From: Acidobacteriota bacterium
GTDB taxonomy: Bacteria; Acidobacteriota; CAIWXX01
Length of the DNA: 64,000 nucleotides
Assembly: GCA_040755995.1 (NCBI GenBank)
Contig: JBFMAF010000011.1
Coordinates: forward strand, 32,001 to 96,000
Direction of reading: 5' to 3'
A program made the position numbers and the translations under genes. Positions within the stretch are counted from its first letter, which is position 1; each line of letters begins with the position of its first letter. The notes under the pieces are model-generated. The model ran no database searches, was not told the DNA's origin, and was given only the letters and a program-made list of their open reading frames with translations. Positions 39,401-49,635 of this stretch are shown here, piece after piece.

Positions 39401-39871
39401 CTATGTATGAGATACCCTGGCTTCGTTCAGCAACGCCTCGACTACCGGGCCCACCGCCGCTTCGACCTGGGGGCTGAGCCCCATCCCCCAGCCTACCCGC
39501 GACGGCTGCACGCCGAAAACAACGACCTCCGGCAGGCTCATTTTCACCGCATGGGCCAGAGCCAACGCCTCAGCCACCCCGGCTCGGTGGAGTGAAAACT
39601 GTTGCTGCGGACTTGTGAGCGAGAGCTCCTCCGGCCGGAGCCGCACAACCGTCCCCGGCGCCTGCCCCATCTCTGCAGCATCAACCAAGAAGACGCACCG
39701 TCTGCCCTCCAGCAGGTGCACCAGCCCCACACCCGGCGTGCCGCCATCCATTGCCTCGACCCCATCCGGCAACGTCTCCTGCTGCAGAGCCTCGATCACG
39801 CGGCACCCGACACCGTCATCGCCCTGAAGCGGGTTCCCCAACCCGAGTATGAGAATGGGCTTCATGTCCAC
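39401..39871 (-). CDS. Hydrogenase maturation protease
   Basis: GLGNPLQGDDGVG, DGGT, VDA, SLH. Confidence 0.92.
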   Translation of the reverse strand: MDMKPILILGLGNPLQGDDGVGCRVIEALQQETLPDGVEAMDGGTPGVGLVHLLEGRRCVFLVDAAEMGQAPGTVVRLRPEELSLTSPQQQFSLHRAGVAEALALAHAVKMSLPEVVVFGVQPSRVGWGMGLSPQVEAAVGPVVEALLNEARVSHT

Positions 39872-39902
39872 CGCCAGTGCGCTCCTCCCCCCGCCTCCAG
39901 GA

Positions 39903-41198
39903 TCAGACGAATCTCACGTCCAGGAAGTGCGTTGAACAGGAGATGCACGGATCGTATGCGCGCACCAACATCTCCATCATCATCTTCACCTTCTCCTCGC
40001 CCTGATCCAGAATCTGGGGAACCATTGCCCGCATGTCCGCCTCGATGTTCGCAAGGTTCTGTCCCGTCGGAATGATGCAGTTTGCGCTGGTGATCCGCCC
40101 GTCCTCCCCGATCTCGTAGTGATGGAACAGGGTACCGCGCGGGACTTCGCACGAGCCCACGCCACCGCCCCCTTTGCCGTCAAACACCGGCCGTGACTCG
40201 GGCTTGATGCCACGCACGACCAGCTCGTCGCAAATGCGGATCGCGTCCTCGACGCAGTGAACCATCTCCGCCACCTGCGCCGCCGTATTCATGAACGGAT
40301 TCGTGCAGATGGGGCGCAGGCCGAGCTCCTCCGCGGCGGCCCGCGCGCGGGGGTGCAGATGCCGGGAGTTGACGTTGAACCGCGCCAGCGCCCCTACCAT
40401 GTAGGAATCGCGCCGGTGGCCGCAGTGCTTCGCCGAGGAATGCTCCATGATCCGTTCGTTGGTGACCTTTCGGTACTCGTCTACCTGACAGGACGCACCG
40501 TCGGTGCTGGTGATCGTTCCGTCAATGAAGGCGTACTGTTCCGGCGTGGCCAGCGCCACGTACTCGGTTTCGCGCTCGAATCTCGGCCACGGCAGCCTCC
40601 TGAAGAGCGCCACCGTCTCGTCCATGTCCCTGCGTGCATCCACCAGCCTGTCTCGCAGCGCCTTGATCTCGGCGATCGTCGGCAGGTGCGTGAAGCCGCC
40701 CACGGTCATGGCGATCGGATGGGTGTGGCGCCCGCAAATGGCGGCGCAGAGATCTCCGGCAAGCTTCTTCACGCGCAGAGCGCGTGTGACCGCATCAGGC
40801 GCAGACCTTGCCAGCGGGATAACGCTGCCCACCCCGAAAAAGTCCGGGGCGACCAGCATGTATGTGTGCAGCGCGTGGCTGTCAAGCATCTCGCCGTGGA
40901 AGTTCAACTGGCGCAGCAGCCGGGTCTGCTCGGACGGGGTGATGCCGAGGGCGTTCTCGGTGGCGCGGAGTGACGTGGTCGCGTGGCCCACGGCGCAGAT
41001 TCCGCAGATGCGGGAGGTGATGTGGCTGGCCTCGGTGTACGGCCTGCCCAGCAGCATCGCTTCAAAGAAGCGCGGCGTCTCGACGATGTCCAGACGGCAC
41101 TCCTCCAGGACACCGTTGCGGGCGTTCACCACGACGTTACCGTGGCCTTCGACCCGTGTGACGTGATGGACTTCGATGTTCACACTCGCCATGGTCAT
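39903..41198 (-). CDS. hydA: Group 3b [NiFe] hydrogenase large (alpha) subunit
   Basis: TRVEGHG, L1 RICGICAVGH, L2 DPCISCSTH with a short cleavable tail. Confidence 0.93.
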   Translation of the reverse strand: MTMASVNIEVHHVTRVEGHGNVVVNARNGVLEECRLDIVETPRFFEAMLLGRPYTEASHITSRICGICAVGHATTSLRATENALGITPSEQTRLLRQLNFHGEMLDSHALHTYMLVAPDFFGVGSVIPLARSAPDAVTRALRVKKLAGDLCAAICGRHTHPIAMTVGGFTHLPTIAEIKALRDRLVDARRDMDETVALFRRLPWPRFERETEYVALATPEQYAFIDGTITSTDGASCQVDEYRKVTNERIMEHSSAKHCGHRRDSYMVGALARFNVNSRHLHPRARAAAEELGLRPICTNPFMNTAAQVAEMVHCVEDAIRICDELVVRGIKPESRPVFDGKGGGGVGSCEVPRGTLFHHYEIGEDGRITSANCIIPTGQNLANIEADMRAMVPQILDQGEEKVKMMMEMLVRAYDPCISCSTHFLDVRFV

Positions 41199-41201
41199 CT
41201 C

Positions 41202-41954
41202 CTACTTCTTCTGCTCCGGCATCGCCTGCAGCTGGTATGCATTGAACATGGTCATCCGTGCCATGACGTCATCCACCGTGAGCTTGTGCTCGGCCAGCAC
41301 GTTCTGCATCGAATCGCGATTCGGCGTTGGAACAAGGCCGCGGCAACCTTCGCATCCATCGCCGTAGGTCGGACAGATCGCGCCGCAGCCCGCTCGGGTG
41401 ACAGGTCCGTTGCAGACGCCCCCCTTGTCATACAGGCAGACGTTCTCCTTGAGCTTGCACTCGACACACAACGGGTAGTCGGGAATCGGCGGCTTCCGGC
41501 CCATCAGCAGAGCCTTGACGACCTCGATGAGCTCCCGGCGGTCTATCGGGCAGCCCGGGATGAACGCGTCGACCTTCACCACCGCATCGAGAGGTCGCGT
41601 TGCGTACGTCGCAAACCACTCGGCCTTCTCACCGTACACGTACCTGCGCACGCTATCCAGCTCCGAGAGATTCTTGATCGCGTTGACTCCGCCCAGGTGC
41701 GCGCAGGCGCCCAGGGCCACAAGCACCGAAGCCTGCTCGCGGATCTGCCTCAACCGGGCCTCGTCCGACTCGCGCGTGATGGAGCCTTCCACGAAGGCCA
41801 CGGCGTAGTCGTCCCCCTTTTCACTCATCGCCTCGCGAAACTGGACGATCTCCACCGCATCCAGCAGGTCCAGGTGAGTCTGAAGAGAGTCTACGACCGT
41901 CAACTGGCAGCCCTCGCAACTCGTGAAGTCGAAGAACGCAACTTTCGGTCTCAT
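41202..41954 (-). CDS. hydD: Group 3b hydrogenase small (delta) subunit
   Basis: TSCEGCQ, GACA, PGCP, CVECK, GPVTRAGC, CEGCRG; ATG at 41954 overlaps upstream TGA. Confidence 0.92.
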   Translation of the reverse strand: MRPKVAFFDFTSCEGCQLTVVDSLQTHLDLLDAVEIVQFREAMSEKGDDYAVAFVEGSITRESDEARLRQIREQASVLVALGACAHLGGVNAIKNLSELDSVRRYVYGEKAEWFATYATRPLDAVVKVDAFIPGCPIDRRELIEVVKALLMGRKPPIPDYPLCVECKLKENVCLYDKGGVCNGPVTRAGCGAICPTYGDGCEGCRGLVPTPNRDSMQNVLAEHKLTVDDVMARMTMFNAYQLQAMPEQKK

Positions 41955-42790
41955 CAGATCGCCTCCTCGACAGCCTTGATTTGGGCGTAGCTGAACGATG
42001 GCCCCTGCTGGCAGCAGTAGAGTCCGTTGATCTGGCAGTGGCCGCACTTGCCCACCCCGCACTTCATCCGTCGTTCCAGCGACATCCAGATCTGCGATTC
42101 CGGAATGCCCTTGCCCAGCAGCTCCATCAACACCCATCGGTACATCACCGGCGGTCCGATCGTGATAGCCACGGTGTCGCGGCGATTGACGGAGATTTTC
42201 CGGAACAGCGTGGTGATGACACCCACGTTGCCCTTCCAGTCCGCATCGCCCCTGTCCACTGTCACGTGAAGCTCCACGTCGCCGCGCCTGGCCCACTCAT
42301 CGAGATCATCCTTGAAAAGAAGCTCGCCGGGGTTCTTCGCGCCGTACAAGATGATCACCCGGCCGTACGAACCGCGCTCGTCGAGCACCTGGTTGATGAC
42401 GCTGCGCGCGGGTGCGAGGCCCAGTCCACCCGGCGCAAACAGAATGTCCTTGCCCCGGAACTTGTCCAGCGGAAATCCGCTGCCGAACGGACCGCGCACC
42501 CCGATCGCGGCGCCCTCGTCCAGCCGATGCATTGCGCTGGTGACGTCCCCCACCTTGCGGACGCAGAGCTCGAATGTGCCGTTGCTGCGGCTCGGCGATG
42601 AGGAAATCGAGATCGGCGCCTCGCCGACCCCGAGAATGCTCACTTCCACGAACTGCCCCGACTTGTGGCCCAGCGAATGCCCGCGGAGCAACTCGATGGT
42701 GAACAGCTTCTCCAAGGCCGTCAACGGCCTGATCTTCGCGACTTTGGCGGGGCTGGGGAGATAGATCGAGTCAACCGTTGGAATTGGCAT
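41954..42790 (-). CDS. hydG: Group 3b hydrogenase gamma subunit (FAD/NAD(P)-binding, 2Fe-2S)
   Basis: GQF, GEAPIS, RGPFG, GGLGLAP, CGVGKCGHC. Confidence 0.92.
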   Translation of the reverse strand: MPIPTVDSIYLPSPAKVAKIRPLTALEKLFTIELLRGHSLGHKSGQFVEVSILGVGEAPISISSSPSRSNGTFELCVRKVGDVTSAMHRLDEGAAIGVRGPFGSGFPLDKFRGKDILFAPGGLGLAPARSVINQVLDERGSYGRVIILYGAKNPGELLFKDDLDEWARRGDVELHVTVDRGDADWKGNVGVITTLFRKISVNRRDTVAITIGPPVMYRWVLMELLGKGIPESQIWMSLERRMKCGVGKCGHCQINGLYCCQQGPSFSYAQIKAVEEAI

Positions 42791-42793
42791 CTG

Positions 42794-43822
42794 TCACCTC
42801 GCCTGGTAAAGCGCGTTCCACACACTTACCGGGGTGATGTCCACGAGACACGAGCGGGCGCAGCGGCCGCAGCCGACGCACCCCAGTTCTCCGTGGTTGT
42901 CCGGTATGTACTTGCCTTTGCGGAAGAAGCGATGCCGCTGGCGCTGCGCGCGGGTCTTGCGGAAATTTTCCCCGGTCGCCACACGCGCGAACTCCTCCAG
43001 CTGGCAGCTGTCCCAGACACGCTTGCGAACGCCGCTCTTGCCGTCCATCTCGACCTCGTCCAGCACGTTGAAGCAGTAGCAGGTCGGGCAGACGGTCGTG
43101 CACTGGCCGCACGCAAGGCAGCGATTGCCAAGCTCGTCCCACAGCGGCTTCTTGTAGCTCACGGCCATGAGCGAAGGCAGCTCGGCTGCGTCGAAGTCGA
43201 GCTTGTACTGGAAGCGGGGCCATTTCTCCGAGAGCACCTTGTCCAGTCTCAGCATGTCCTCGCGCGTGGCATCGCGCGCGCGGCCGTGCCGCGCGAGGAG
43301 CATTTCGCCGGTCGACGTGCTCTGGTCCACGGCGTAGGCGTCGCCCAGGTCGGTGAGGTGCAGGTCGTGGACCTCGCTCGCACTGAGCGTTCCCATGCTC
43401 TTGCAGAACGAGTGCTCATCGCACGGCATCAGGCACTCGATGCCCACGATGATGGTGTTCTCCCGGCGGGCCAGGTAGTGCCCGTCGGAGTATCCCTTGG
43501 TGAACACCGAGTCGAGCAGCTTCATGGCGTGCAGGTCGCAAGTGTGCACGCCGAGCAACACCCGCCGGTGAATGTCGAGAGCCGGCTGCACGGAGAATCC
43601 GCCGTCAGTCCTGAAGGCGAACAGCGTCTCCTGCTGGGGCAACAGGACCTTCTTCGGAGGGAGGATCGAGGTGTTGTAGTCCAGCCGCAGCTGAGCGGAA
43701 TGGGAGATCGGAGCGAAGATGAACTTGCTCTCCCTCTCCACCGGCCCCATCACCTCGTACTGGGTCATCAGGCTGGAGACGAACGAATCCATGTCCTGTT
43801 TCTTGATGATCTTGAGGCTCAT
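42794..43822 (-). CDS. hydB: Group 3b hydrogenase beta subunit (4Fe-4S)
   Basis: CLACGQCTTVCPTCYCF, WDSC, CVGCGRCARSC. Confidence 0.92.
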   Translation of the reverse strand: MSLKIIKKQDMDSFVSSLMTQYEVMGPVERESKFIFAPISHSAQLRLDYNTSILPPKKVLLPQQETLFAFRTDGGFSVQPALDIHRRVLLGVHTCDLHAMKLLDSVFTKGYSDGHYLARRENTIIVGIECLMPCDEHSFCKSMGTLSASEVHDLHLTDLGDAYAVDQSTSTGEMLLARHGRARDATREDMLRLDKVLSEKWPRFQYKLDFDAAELPSLMAVSYKKPLWDELGNRCLACGQCTTVCPTCYCFNVLDEVEMDGKSGVRKRVWDSCQLEEFARVATGENFRKTRAQRQRHRFFRKGKYIPDNHGELGCVGCGRCARSCLVDITPVSVWNALYQAR

Positions 43823-43992
43823 TCACTCCTCCTGGCTCACGGAGGCCAACGATTGGGATCATGGACATCTGCGCGGGACCGACCCCGCGCGGATGCGATG
43901 GCGGCGTCAACTGGCCCAGTCTGGCACAGCTCTGCGGCCGGGTCAAGCATCACCCACGACTCGACACCTCCACGCCTTCCCGCGGCCTCCGC

Positions 43993-44022
43993 TTGACACC
44001 ATTCCGGATTCGCACATATCAT
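43993..44022 (+). promoter_or_regulatory. Putative sigma70 promoter of CBM48-galT
   Basis: TTGACA-18 nt-TATCAT. Confidence 0.5.
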
Positions 44023-44063
44023 CTGGGCCTCTGGTTACCCAAATTACAGGAGGCTATGAGGTC

Positions 44064-44363
44064 ATGGTAAAGTCCAAGAGTGAAGCAAAGAAGAAGAAAC
44101 CGGCCGTCGCGAAAACCGAGTTTGCGCTGGACATGGCAGACGCGACTGCCGTTTATCTGGTCGGCGACTTCAACCAGTGGGGCACCGCAGAAGTGAAGAT
44201 GAAGAAGGACAAGCAGGGAATCTGGAGAGCCAAGGTGCAGCTCGAACCGGGCATTCATCAGTACAAGTTTCTGGTGGACGGCCGCTGGATCGAGGATCCG
44301 AGCAATCCGGAAACGACGGGTGATCCGTTCGGGGGGCGGAATTCTGTAATCACAGTGGGATAG
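44064..44363 (+). CDS. Glycogen-binding CBM48 / isoamylase early-set domain protein
   Basis: VYLVGDFNQW, YKFLVDGRW..DP, GG.NSVI. Confidence 0.88.
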   Translation: MVKSKSEAKKKKPAVAKTEFALDMADATAVYLVGDFNQWGTAEVKMKKDKQGIWRAKVQLEPGIHQYKFLVDGRWIEDPSNPETTGDPFGGRNSVITVG

Positions 44364-44364
44364 G

Positions 44365-45384
44365 ATGTCGCTTTTCCGGAAGGACCCGCTTTCGAACGGT
44401 TGGGTGATCGTCTCGCCCGAACGCGGGCTGCGGCCGTCCGATTTCGGGTCGGTCGAATCCACCAAGAAGGGAGGATTCTGCCCTTTCTGTCCGGGCAACG
44501 AAGGGTATACGCCACCTGAGATTCTCGCCTTCCGGCAGGAGGGGTCGCAGGCGAACAGAGACGGGTGGTGGGTGAGAACGATCCCCAACAAGTTCGCATA
44601 CCTGAGCTCGGAGGGCGAGCTCCGCCGCAAGGGCAAGGGTATCTACGACCTGATGAACGGCGTGGGTGCGCATGAGATCATTGTCGAGGCGGCTGATCAC
44701 AACGCCAATTTCACAACCATCGACGCGCACCAGACCGAGGAGATCATCAAGATGCACCTGTACCGGATGCTCGACCTCCGCAAGGACGGACGATTCCGGT
44801 ACGTACAGATATTCAAGAACCACGGCAGCGCCGCGGGCGCGGCCCTGGAGCACGCCCATTCCCAGATCATCGCCCTTCCGATTACGCCACGCTGGTTGAA
44901 GGAAGAGCTTAATTCGTGCGCACTGCATTATGCGCAGAAGGAGCGATGCCTGTTGTGCGACATCATGTCGCAGGAGACGGAAGACGCCGACAGGATCGTC
45001 TTCGAGAACTCCGACTTCGTCGCTTTCGAGCCGTTTGCGTCAAAGTTCCCGTTCGAAACGTGGATCCTGCCGAAACAGCATTCGGCCAACTTCCATACGA
45101 TTTCGGAGGAGCAGATCGTGTCGTTTGCAGACTGCGTTCGGACAACCCTGTCCATGCTCTTCCGCGCGCTCCAGGACCCGCCGTACAATTTCGTCCTGCA
45201 CACGGCGCCGGTCTATTACAAGAAAGGCAACTACTGGAAGACGATCGACGAGGACTATCACTGGCACATGGAGATCATCCCGCGGCTCACGAAGATGGCC
45301 GGCTTCGAATGGGGGACCGGATTCTATATCAACCCGACGCCCCCCGAAGAAGCGGCTCGATACCTGCGAGACTCGGCCGTGTAG
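44365..45384 (+). CDS. galT: Galactose-1-phosphate uridylyltransferase (HIT family)
   Basis: CPFCPGNE, NKF, GAALEHAHSQ, YHWHMEI, AGFEWGTG. Confidence 0.93.
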   Translation: MSLFRKDPLSNGWVIVSPERGLRPSDFGSVESTKKGGFCPFCPGNEGYTPPEILAFRQEGSQANRDGWWVRTIPNKFAYLSSEGELRRKGKGIYDLMNGVGAHEIIVEAADHNANFTTIDAHQTEEIIKMHLYRMLDLRKDGRFRYVQIFKNHGSAAGAALEHAHSQIIALPITPRWLKEELNSCALHYAQKERCLLCDIMSQETEDADRIVFENSDFVAFEPFASKFPFETWILPKQHSANFHTISEEQIVSFADCVRTTLSMLFRALQDPPYNFVLHTAPVYYKKGNYWKTIDEDYHWHMEIIPRLTKMAGFEWGTGFYINPTPPEEAARYLRDSAV

Positions 45385-45550
45385 CCGCGCCGGGGGATGC
45401 GCTGAGACCGGAGCCCTGCTGCACCCCCTCGTCGCACGGGCCCCCGGCCCGACGTCGACGGCCGCATGCCAAAGGCCTGGAGCACTTGACCCCGACACCA
45501 CCCGGCCCTCGCGTGCCGCGGCTTGGCGGTACGTGAACGATCCGATTCCA

Positions 45551-48115
45551 ATGACGCGAAGAACGGATCCAATCACGCGCGGGTTGGGCTGCTCCACTAC
45601 CGCGCGTGCTCGATCCAGAGTGCATTCGGCTCGCGCGCGAGTGCTCCAACCGGGCGTGAGCCGCCGGGCGTTCCTGGAGCGTCTCGGGATCGGCTGCGCG
45701 GGCGCGCTTCTGATGAAGGCCGTCCCATCGAGGGCCGGAGCCAACCTCGCTGTCAGCCGGCCTCGCGCGCCGTCCGGAGGCCTCCAAATTACGGAAGACG
45801 GCGTGATCTATGGAGGTGCATTCATTGCGACGTCCATCGACGACGGCGGGTTGTGGATACTGCGAAACCTGGCGAGCGCGCTGGAGCACGGCGGATTCTA
45901 TTGCGGTTTGGACGGCTGGATGCCGTATCGGGACTTCGATGAGCAATCAGTTGCGATAGAAGACGGGAGCATCAACTTCAGAGCCAGGCTTCCCGGCACC
46001 GAGACCTGGCTCAATCAGCAAGTGCGGGTTGAAGGAGATTCCGTCGCCGTGGTCGTTCGGCTGGAAGGTAAGATCGATGCGAAGCACATCGGATGGGCAT
46101 CCTTCGCATTGTCGCTGCCGCTGGAGCTCTTCGCGGGCCATCGATACGAATGCGACAATCGCCCGGGGCAGTATCCTCGCAAGCGCCCCACGAACAACGT
46201 GCTGGCGGATGATTTCTCCAAGTTCCTTGCATGCGCCGATGATCTGACTTACGGCTATCTCTTCGAGTCCGACAGCAGCAGCATGTCCCTGTATGACGGG
46301 CGTGAATGGGGCGACAACTCATATCAATTCGATATCGGCGTGCCTCTCGACGGATCGCCTGTGTCTTTTCGACTGACGCCGCCCGAAGATCCCGGGCCGA
46401 TCCCGCCGGCCGTTCGATTCAGCAGGGTCGGCTACGTTCCGGCCGGCAGGAAGATCGCCGTTCTGGAAATCGATTGGCGCGACAGTTGGCCGGGTCTGGA
46501 TGTCGCAGTGGAGCGAAAAGACGGGACGTCTACTACTACTGTAGTAACGGGACGGTTCAAGCCGGCGTTGGAGGAGTATTGGAGGCAGTTCGCCGTTTTC
46601 GATTTCAGCTCGGTTGCCGAGCCGGGCATGTATCGTATCGTGTCAGCCGTCGGAAAGGCCCCATGGTTTCGAATTGACGACGACATATTCCGCGGCCTCT
46701 GGCGGCTGACGCTGGACAGCTTCCTTCCTTTCGAGATGTGCCATATCTCGGTCGATCTGGGGGATGGGAAGCGGGCGCACCGCGCATGTCATCTGGACGA
46801 CGGTATCCAGGCTCAGCCGCACTCGGTGCATCCCGACGGATTCATCTCGTATGAATCGGACGCCGGCCCGGGGCCCGGCAAGGCGATCCCGGCTGATACC
46901 GGCGGCTGGCACGACGCCGGCGACTACGACCTGAATGTCTCGGCACAGGCTTTCGTCACTCACACGCTGGCGCTGGCGTGGGACGAATTCGCTCCGGCGA
47001 GGGATGTGAGCTCGATCGATTTGACAACAAGAAGCGTTGCCATCGGCGAACCGAATGGCAGGCCGGACCTGGTCGAACAGATCGAGTGGGGCGCCCGATG
47101 GCTGCTGTCGATGCAGCAATCGGACGGCCGCGTCTACGTCGGGGTGGTCGAGCAGGCGGACGTGTATGGGCGAGATGAGCTGCCCGAGAAGATCACGGAT
47201 AACGTTGTGGGGACGGGCGACGAGCGTGAGGTGTACGTCGATCTGCACAGCGACGTCCAGCTCAAGTTCGCGGCGGCGATGAGCGCGGCTTCCCGCGCGG
47301 TGTCCGTTGTCGACCCTGTGCTTGGGAGCCGATGCTTGTCAGCGGCGAAGAAGGCATGGGACTATTTTGCCTCGCATACCGAGGTCTATCGTGACACGGT
47401 CTATTTCTACCCCGGCGCCAAGGGGCGCGAGCAGATGATCATGGCGGCTGCCGCCGAGCTTTACCTGAGCGAGCCCGATGACCGATACCTGTCTGCAATC
47501 TCCCGGTTCAAGAAATACCTCCTTCATTTGCCGACTCAATGGCCGTGGCCGACCGCCACCGCACCCTACTCCTTCTGGTATGCTGCGCCGTTTCTGGCGC
47601 GTCTCCACGGGAAGCTTTCGCCGGGAGATTTGAAGGACGCCGTTCATGCCGCGTTGTCTCGCGCCGTAGACAGCCTGCGATCGCGATTCGCCCTCCGGCC
47701 ATTCCCCGTGCGGCCGTGGGAGATCGGCGATTGGGGAAACAACGGCGAGCTGCTCGGCTACGTTTTCGACGCGTATTGGCTCTCCAAGGTCTTCCCAGCC
47801 AGAATGCCCTTCGCCGATGCGCTCGGCTGCGCCTACTGGCTCTTCGGCCTGCACCCTGTGAACGATTTCACCTTCGTGTTCGGGACGGGCTTACCCGAAC
47901 CCACGTACATGTACAGCGGGGTATTGCACGTTCGATTCGGCGGCAAGCCGGCCAGCGTCCCCGGCGCGGTCGTCCCCGGCATCAGCAGCTACTCGCGCGG
48001 CTACCTCCTGGACTACCGCGACCGGCCGCAGGAGTATCGAAACGGCGAAGCGTGCATCTACGACGCGGCCGTATTCCTCTTCGTCATGCTGGCACTCGAG
48101 TCGTTCGGGAGGTAG
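45551..48115 (+). CDS. Tat-exported glycoside hydrolase family 9 (start uncertain)
   Basis: SRRAFL Tat motif, GGWHDAGDY GH9 motif, C-terminal Y.D....Y.NGEACIY resembling the GH9 catalytic region. Confidence 0.82.
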   Translation: MTRRTDPITRGLGCSTTARARSRVHSARARVLQPGVSRRAFLERLGIGCAGALLMKAVPSRAGANLAVSRPRAPSGGLQITEDGVIYGGAFIATSIDDGGLWILRNLASALEHGGFYCGLDGWMPYRDFDEQSVAIEDGSINFRARLPGTETWLNQQVRVEGDSVAVVVRLEGKIDAKHIGWASFALSLPLELFAGHRYECDNRPGQYPRKRPTNNVLADDFSKFLACADDLTYGYLFESDSSSMSLYDGREWGDNSYQFDIGVPLDGSPVSFRLTPPEDPGPIPPAVRFSRVGYVPAGRKIAVLEIDWRDSWPGLDVAVERKDGTSTTTVVTGRFKPALEEYWRQFAVFDFSSVAEPGMYRIVSAVGKAPWFRIDDDIFRGLWRLTLDSFLPFEMCHISVDLGDGKRAHRACHLDDGIQAQPHSVHPDGFISYESDAGPGPGKAIPADTGGWHDAGDYDLNVSAQAFVTHTLALAWDEFAPARDVSSIDLTTRSVAIGEPNGRPDLVEQIEWGARWLLSMQQSDGRVYVGVVEQADVYGRDELPEKITDNVVGTGDEREVYVDLHSDVQLKFAAAMSAASRAVSVVDPVLGSRCLSAAKKAWDYFASHTEVYRDTVYFYPGAKGREQMIMAAAAELYLSEPDDRYLSAISRFKKYLLHLPTQWPWPTATAPYSFWYAAPFLARLHGKLSPGDLKDAVHAALSRAVDSLRSRFALRPFPVRPWEIGDWGNNGELLGYVFDAYWLSKVFPARMPFADALGCAYWLFGLHPVNDFTFVFGTGLPEPTYMYSGVLHVRFGGKPASVPGAVVPGISSYSRGYLLDYRDRPQEYRNGEACIYDAAVFLFVMLALESFGR

Positions 48116-48116
48116 C
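47531..48116 (+). repeat. GH9 3' end, copy 1 of a 586-bp direct repeat
   Basis: Ungapped match to 57494-58079, about 29 mismatches counted by eye. Confidence 0.97.
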
Positions 48117-48119
48117 AGC

Positions 48120-48595
48120 GCAACGCATCGAGCCCTACGGAGCGCACGCTGCTGGTGACCACATTTCCCTGCCACAACTGCGCAAGGCACATAGTGGCCA
48201 GTGGGATAGAGAGGGTCGTTTACATCGAAGGGTACCCGAAGAGCCTGGCGAGCCACCTGCATTCAGACGCCGTGTGGTTCTCGGAGGAGGAGGATGAGGA
48301 GAGAAGATACGTCGTACATGGCGATCCGCCTGTCCGGGGCAAAGAGAAGGTGCGGTTTGAGCGGTTTCTCGGTGTGGCGCCCAGGTTCTACCCAGCAGCT
48401 TTCTCACGAGTTATGAGGGAAGACGACCACGGGAAGGTGATCAAATGGCCAGCGGATGGCAAAGGGGTTGACGAAGCAGTATTTTCATCAAGGTTGAGGG
48501 TTCAGCCGTTCTACATGGGTCAGCTGAGGGGTGCCTTGCCGGAAAAAACAGAAGGTACTACTATTCTAGGCGGAGGTTGCCCAGATGAAACCTGA
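48120..48595 (+). pseudogene. C-terminal fragment of a dCMP/dCTP deaminase (anti-phage dCTP deaminase-like)
   Basis: TLLVTTFPCHNCARHIVASGIERVVYIEGYPKS, F.GVAPR; HAE motif and N-terminal part absent. Confidence 0.75.
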
Positions 48596-48841
48596 TGAGG
48601 GACTCCCACTGGACTGGTTCAGGATCGTCCGAGAGAGGGTCGATTGGTTCGTAATAGATGACCTGAGCGCGCACCTGAAAGATTCTGCGGTGAGTCAGAA
48701 TGACAAGCGCGTGGCTGAAGCCCTGGCAGAGGGTTCTGAACTGGACGCTACGCCTCCGAAGAGCCCGTAGTCAGAGTATCGCCCGTCCAAAGCGATCTGC
48801 TGAATCCGTGAGGGAGGTGAAGGAAGAGGCAGAGAGCTGCC

Positions 48842-49290
48842 AGAAGATTCCGTTCTCCAACGGCTCGTACTCTATCCCTTCTTCTGCGAGTTGCCGCTTG
48901 ACCCACTCGTGCCCATTGACCCACACACGCGCGGAGAACGGGAAGTAGGTGGAGAACTTGATGAAGCAGGGGCCGAAGTCGCGGTCGAGGATATAGAAGT
49001 AGAACTGCTTGACGTAGACCGAGCCTCGATAGAAAGAGAATCTGGGGTAAGGGGAATTGGGGGAGTTGTCCTTGGTCGAGCGGAATGCGCTGCACTTCTC
49101 CTGGGCGACTCCGATAAAGACGACACCCTCTGCAGGGGCGAACCGGGAGTAGTATGTCTTGGCCACTTCCTCCTTCCTTTGCCCCCTTTCAAAGGAAACC
49201 AGTGGAATGCCGTGCCTCTGAGCGAACTCCCGCGTTCTTGCGACGAACTGCTTCGTCATCAGAGCCAGCAAGGCTGGCGAAGGCACTGGC
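48842..49290 (-). pseudogene. Internal fragment of an uncharacterised protein family recalled as mobile-element associated
   Basis: GVVFIGVAQEK, FYFYILDRDFGPCFIKFSTYFPF, NGHEW; truncated at both ends; family assignment from memory. Confidence 0.45.
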
Positions 49291-49635
49291 GTGAGTTATC
49301 AAAGCATAACGGCAGGAGAAGCAGGGTTTGAAAGTTCTATCTTGAAACGAGTGCTGCAAGCCCCATCACACGTGTCCCTGGCCTTCTCGTCTGCGCTATC
49401 CGACAGATGGGCGGCTCTCCTGGCGGACTGAAGATCGAACACTCCACGGTGTCGCGCTGCAACCTCGGTCCGTCGGCGTGCGCCCTGCGTCCCGAATCTC
49501 CGTTTGCATCACCAGCGATTCTCAGTCTAGTTGCCTCGCGTATCCGTCCCGAGAGCGTCCAAGTCTGGTGGCACAGGTATTGCAGGATCAACTTGCGTCG
49601 GTGATGCACACCGCAAGATGAAAGGAGACAGATTG

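Noticed and set aside
39903..41954. Selenocysteine-containing hydrogenase
   Set aside because: L1/L2 motifs use Cys and there is no in-frame TGA
41955..42296. N-terminal extension of the 364-aa hydrogenase delta ORF
   Set aside because: Overlaps hydG; the real start is the coupled ATG at 41954
44930..45550. N-terminal extension of the 1061-aa ORF
   Set aside because: Overlaps galT in another frame and is Arg/Ser-rich noise; the GH9 Tat signal starts later
49337..49604. Toxin C-terminus upstream of the secreted 49636 gene (toxin-immunity pair)
   Set aside because: No RHS core or toxin motif is visible, and there is no clear start
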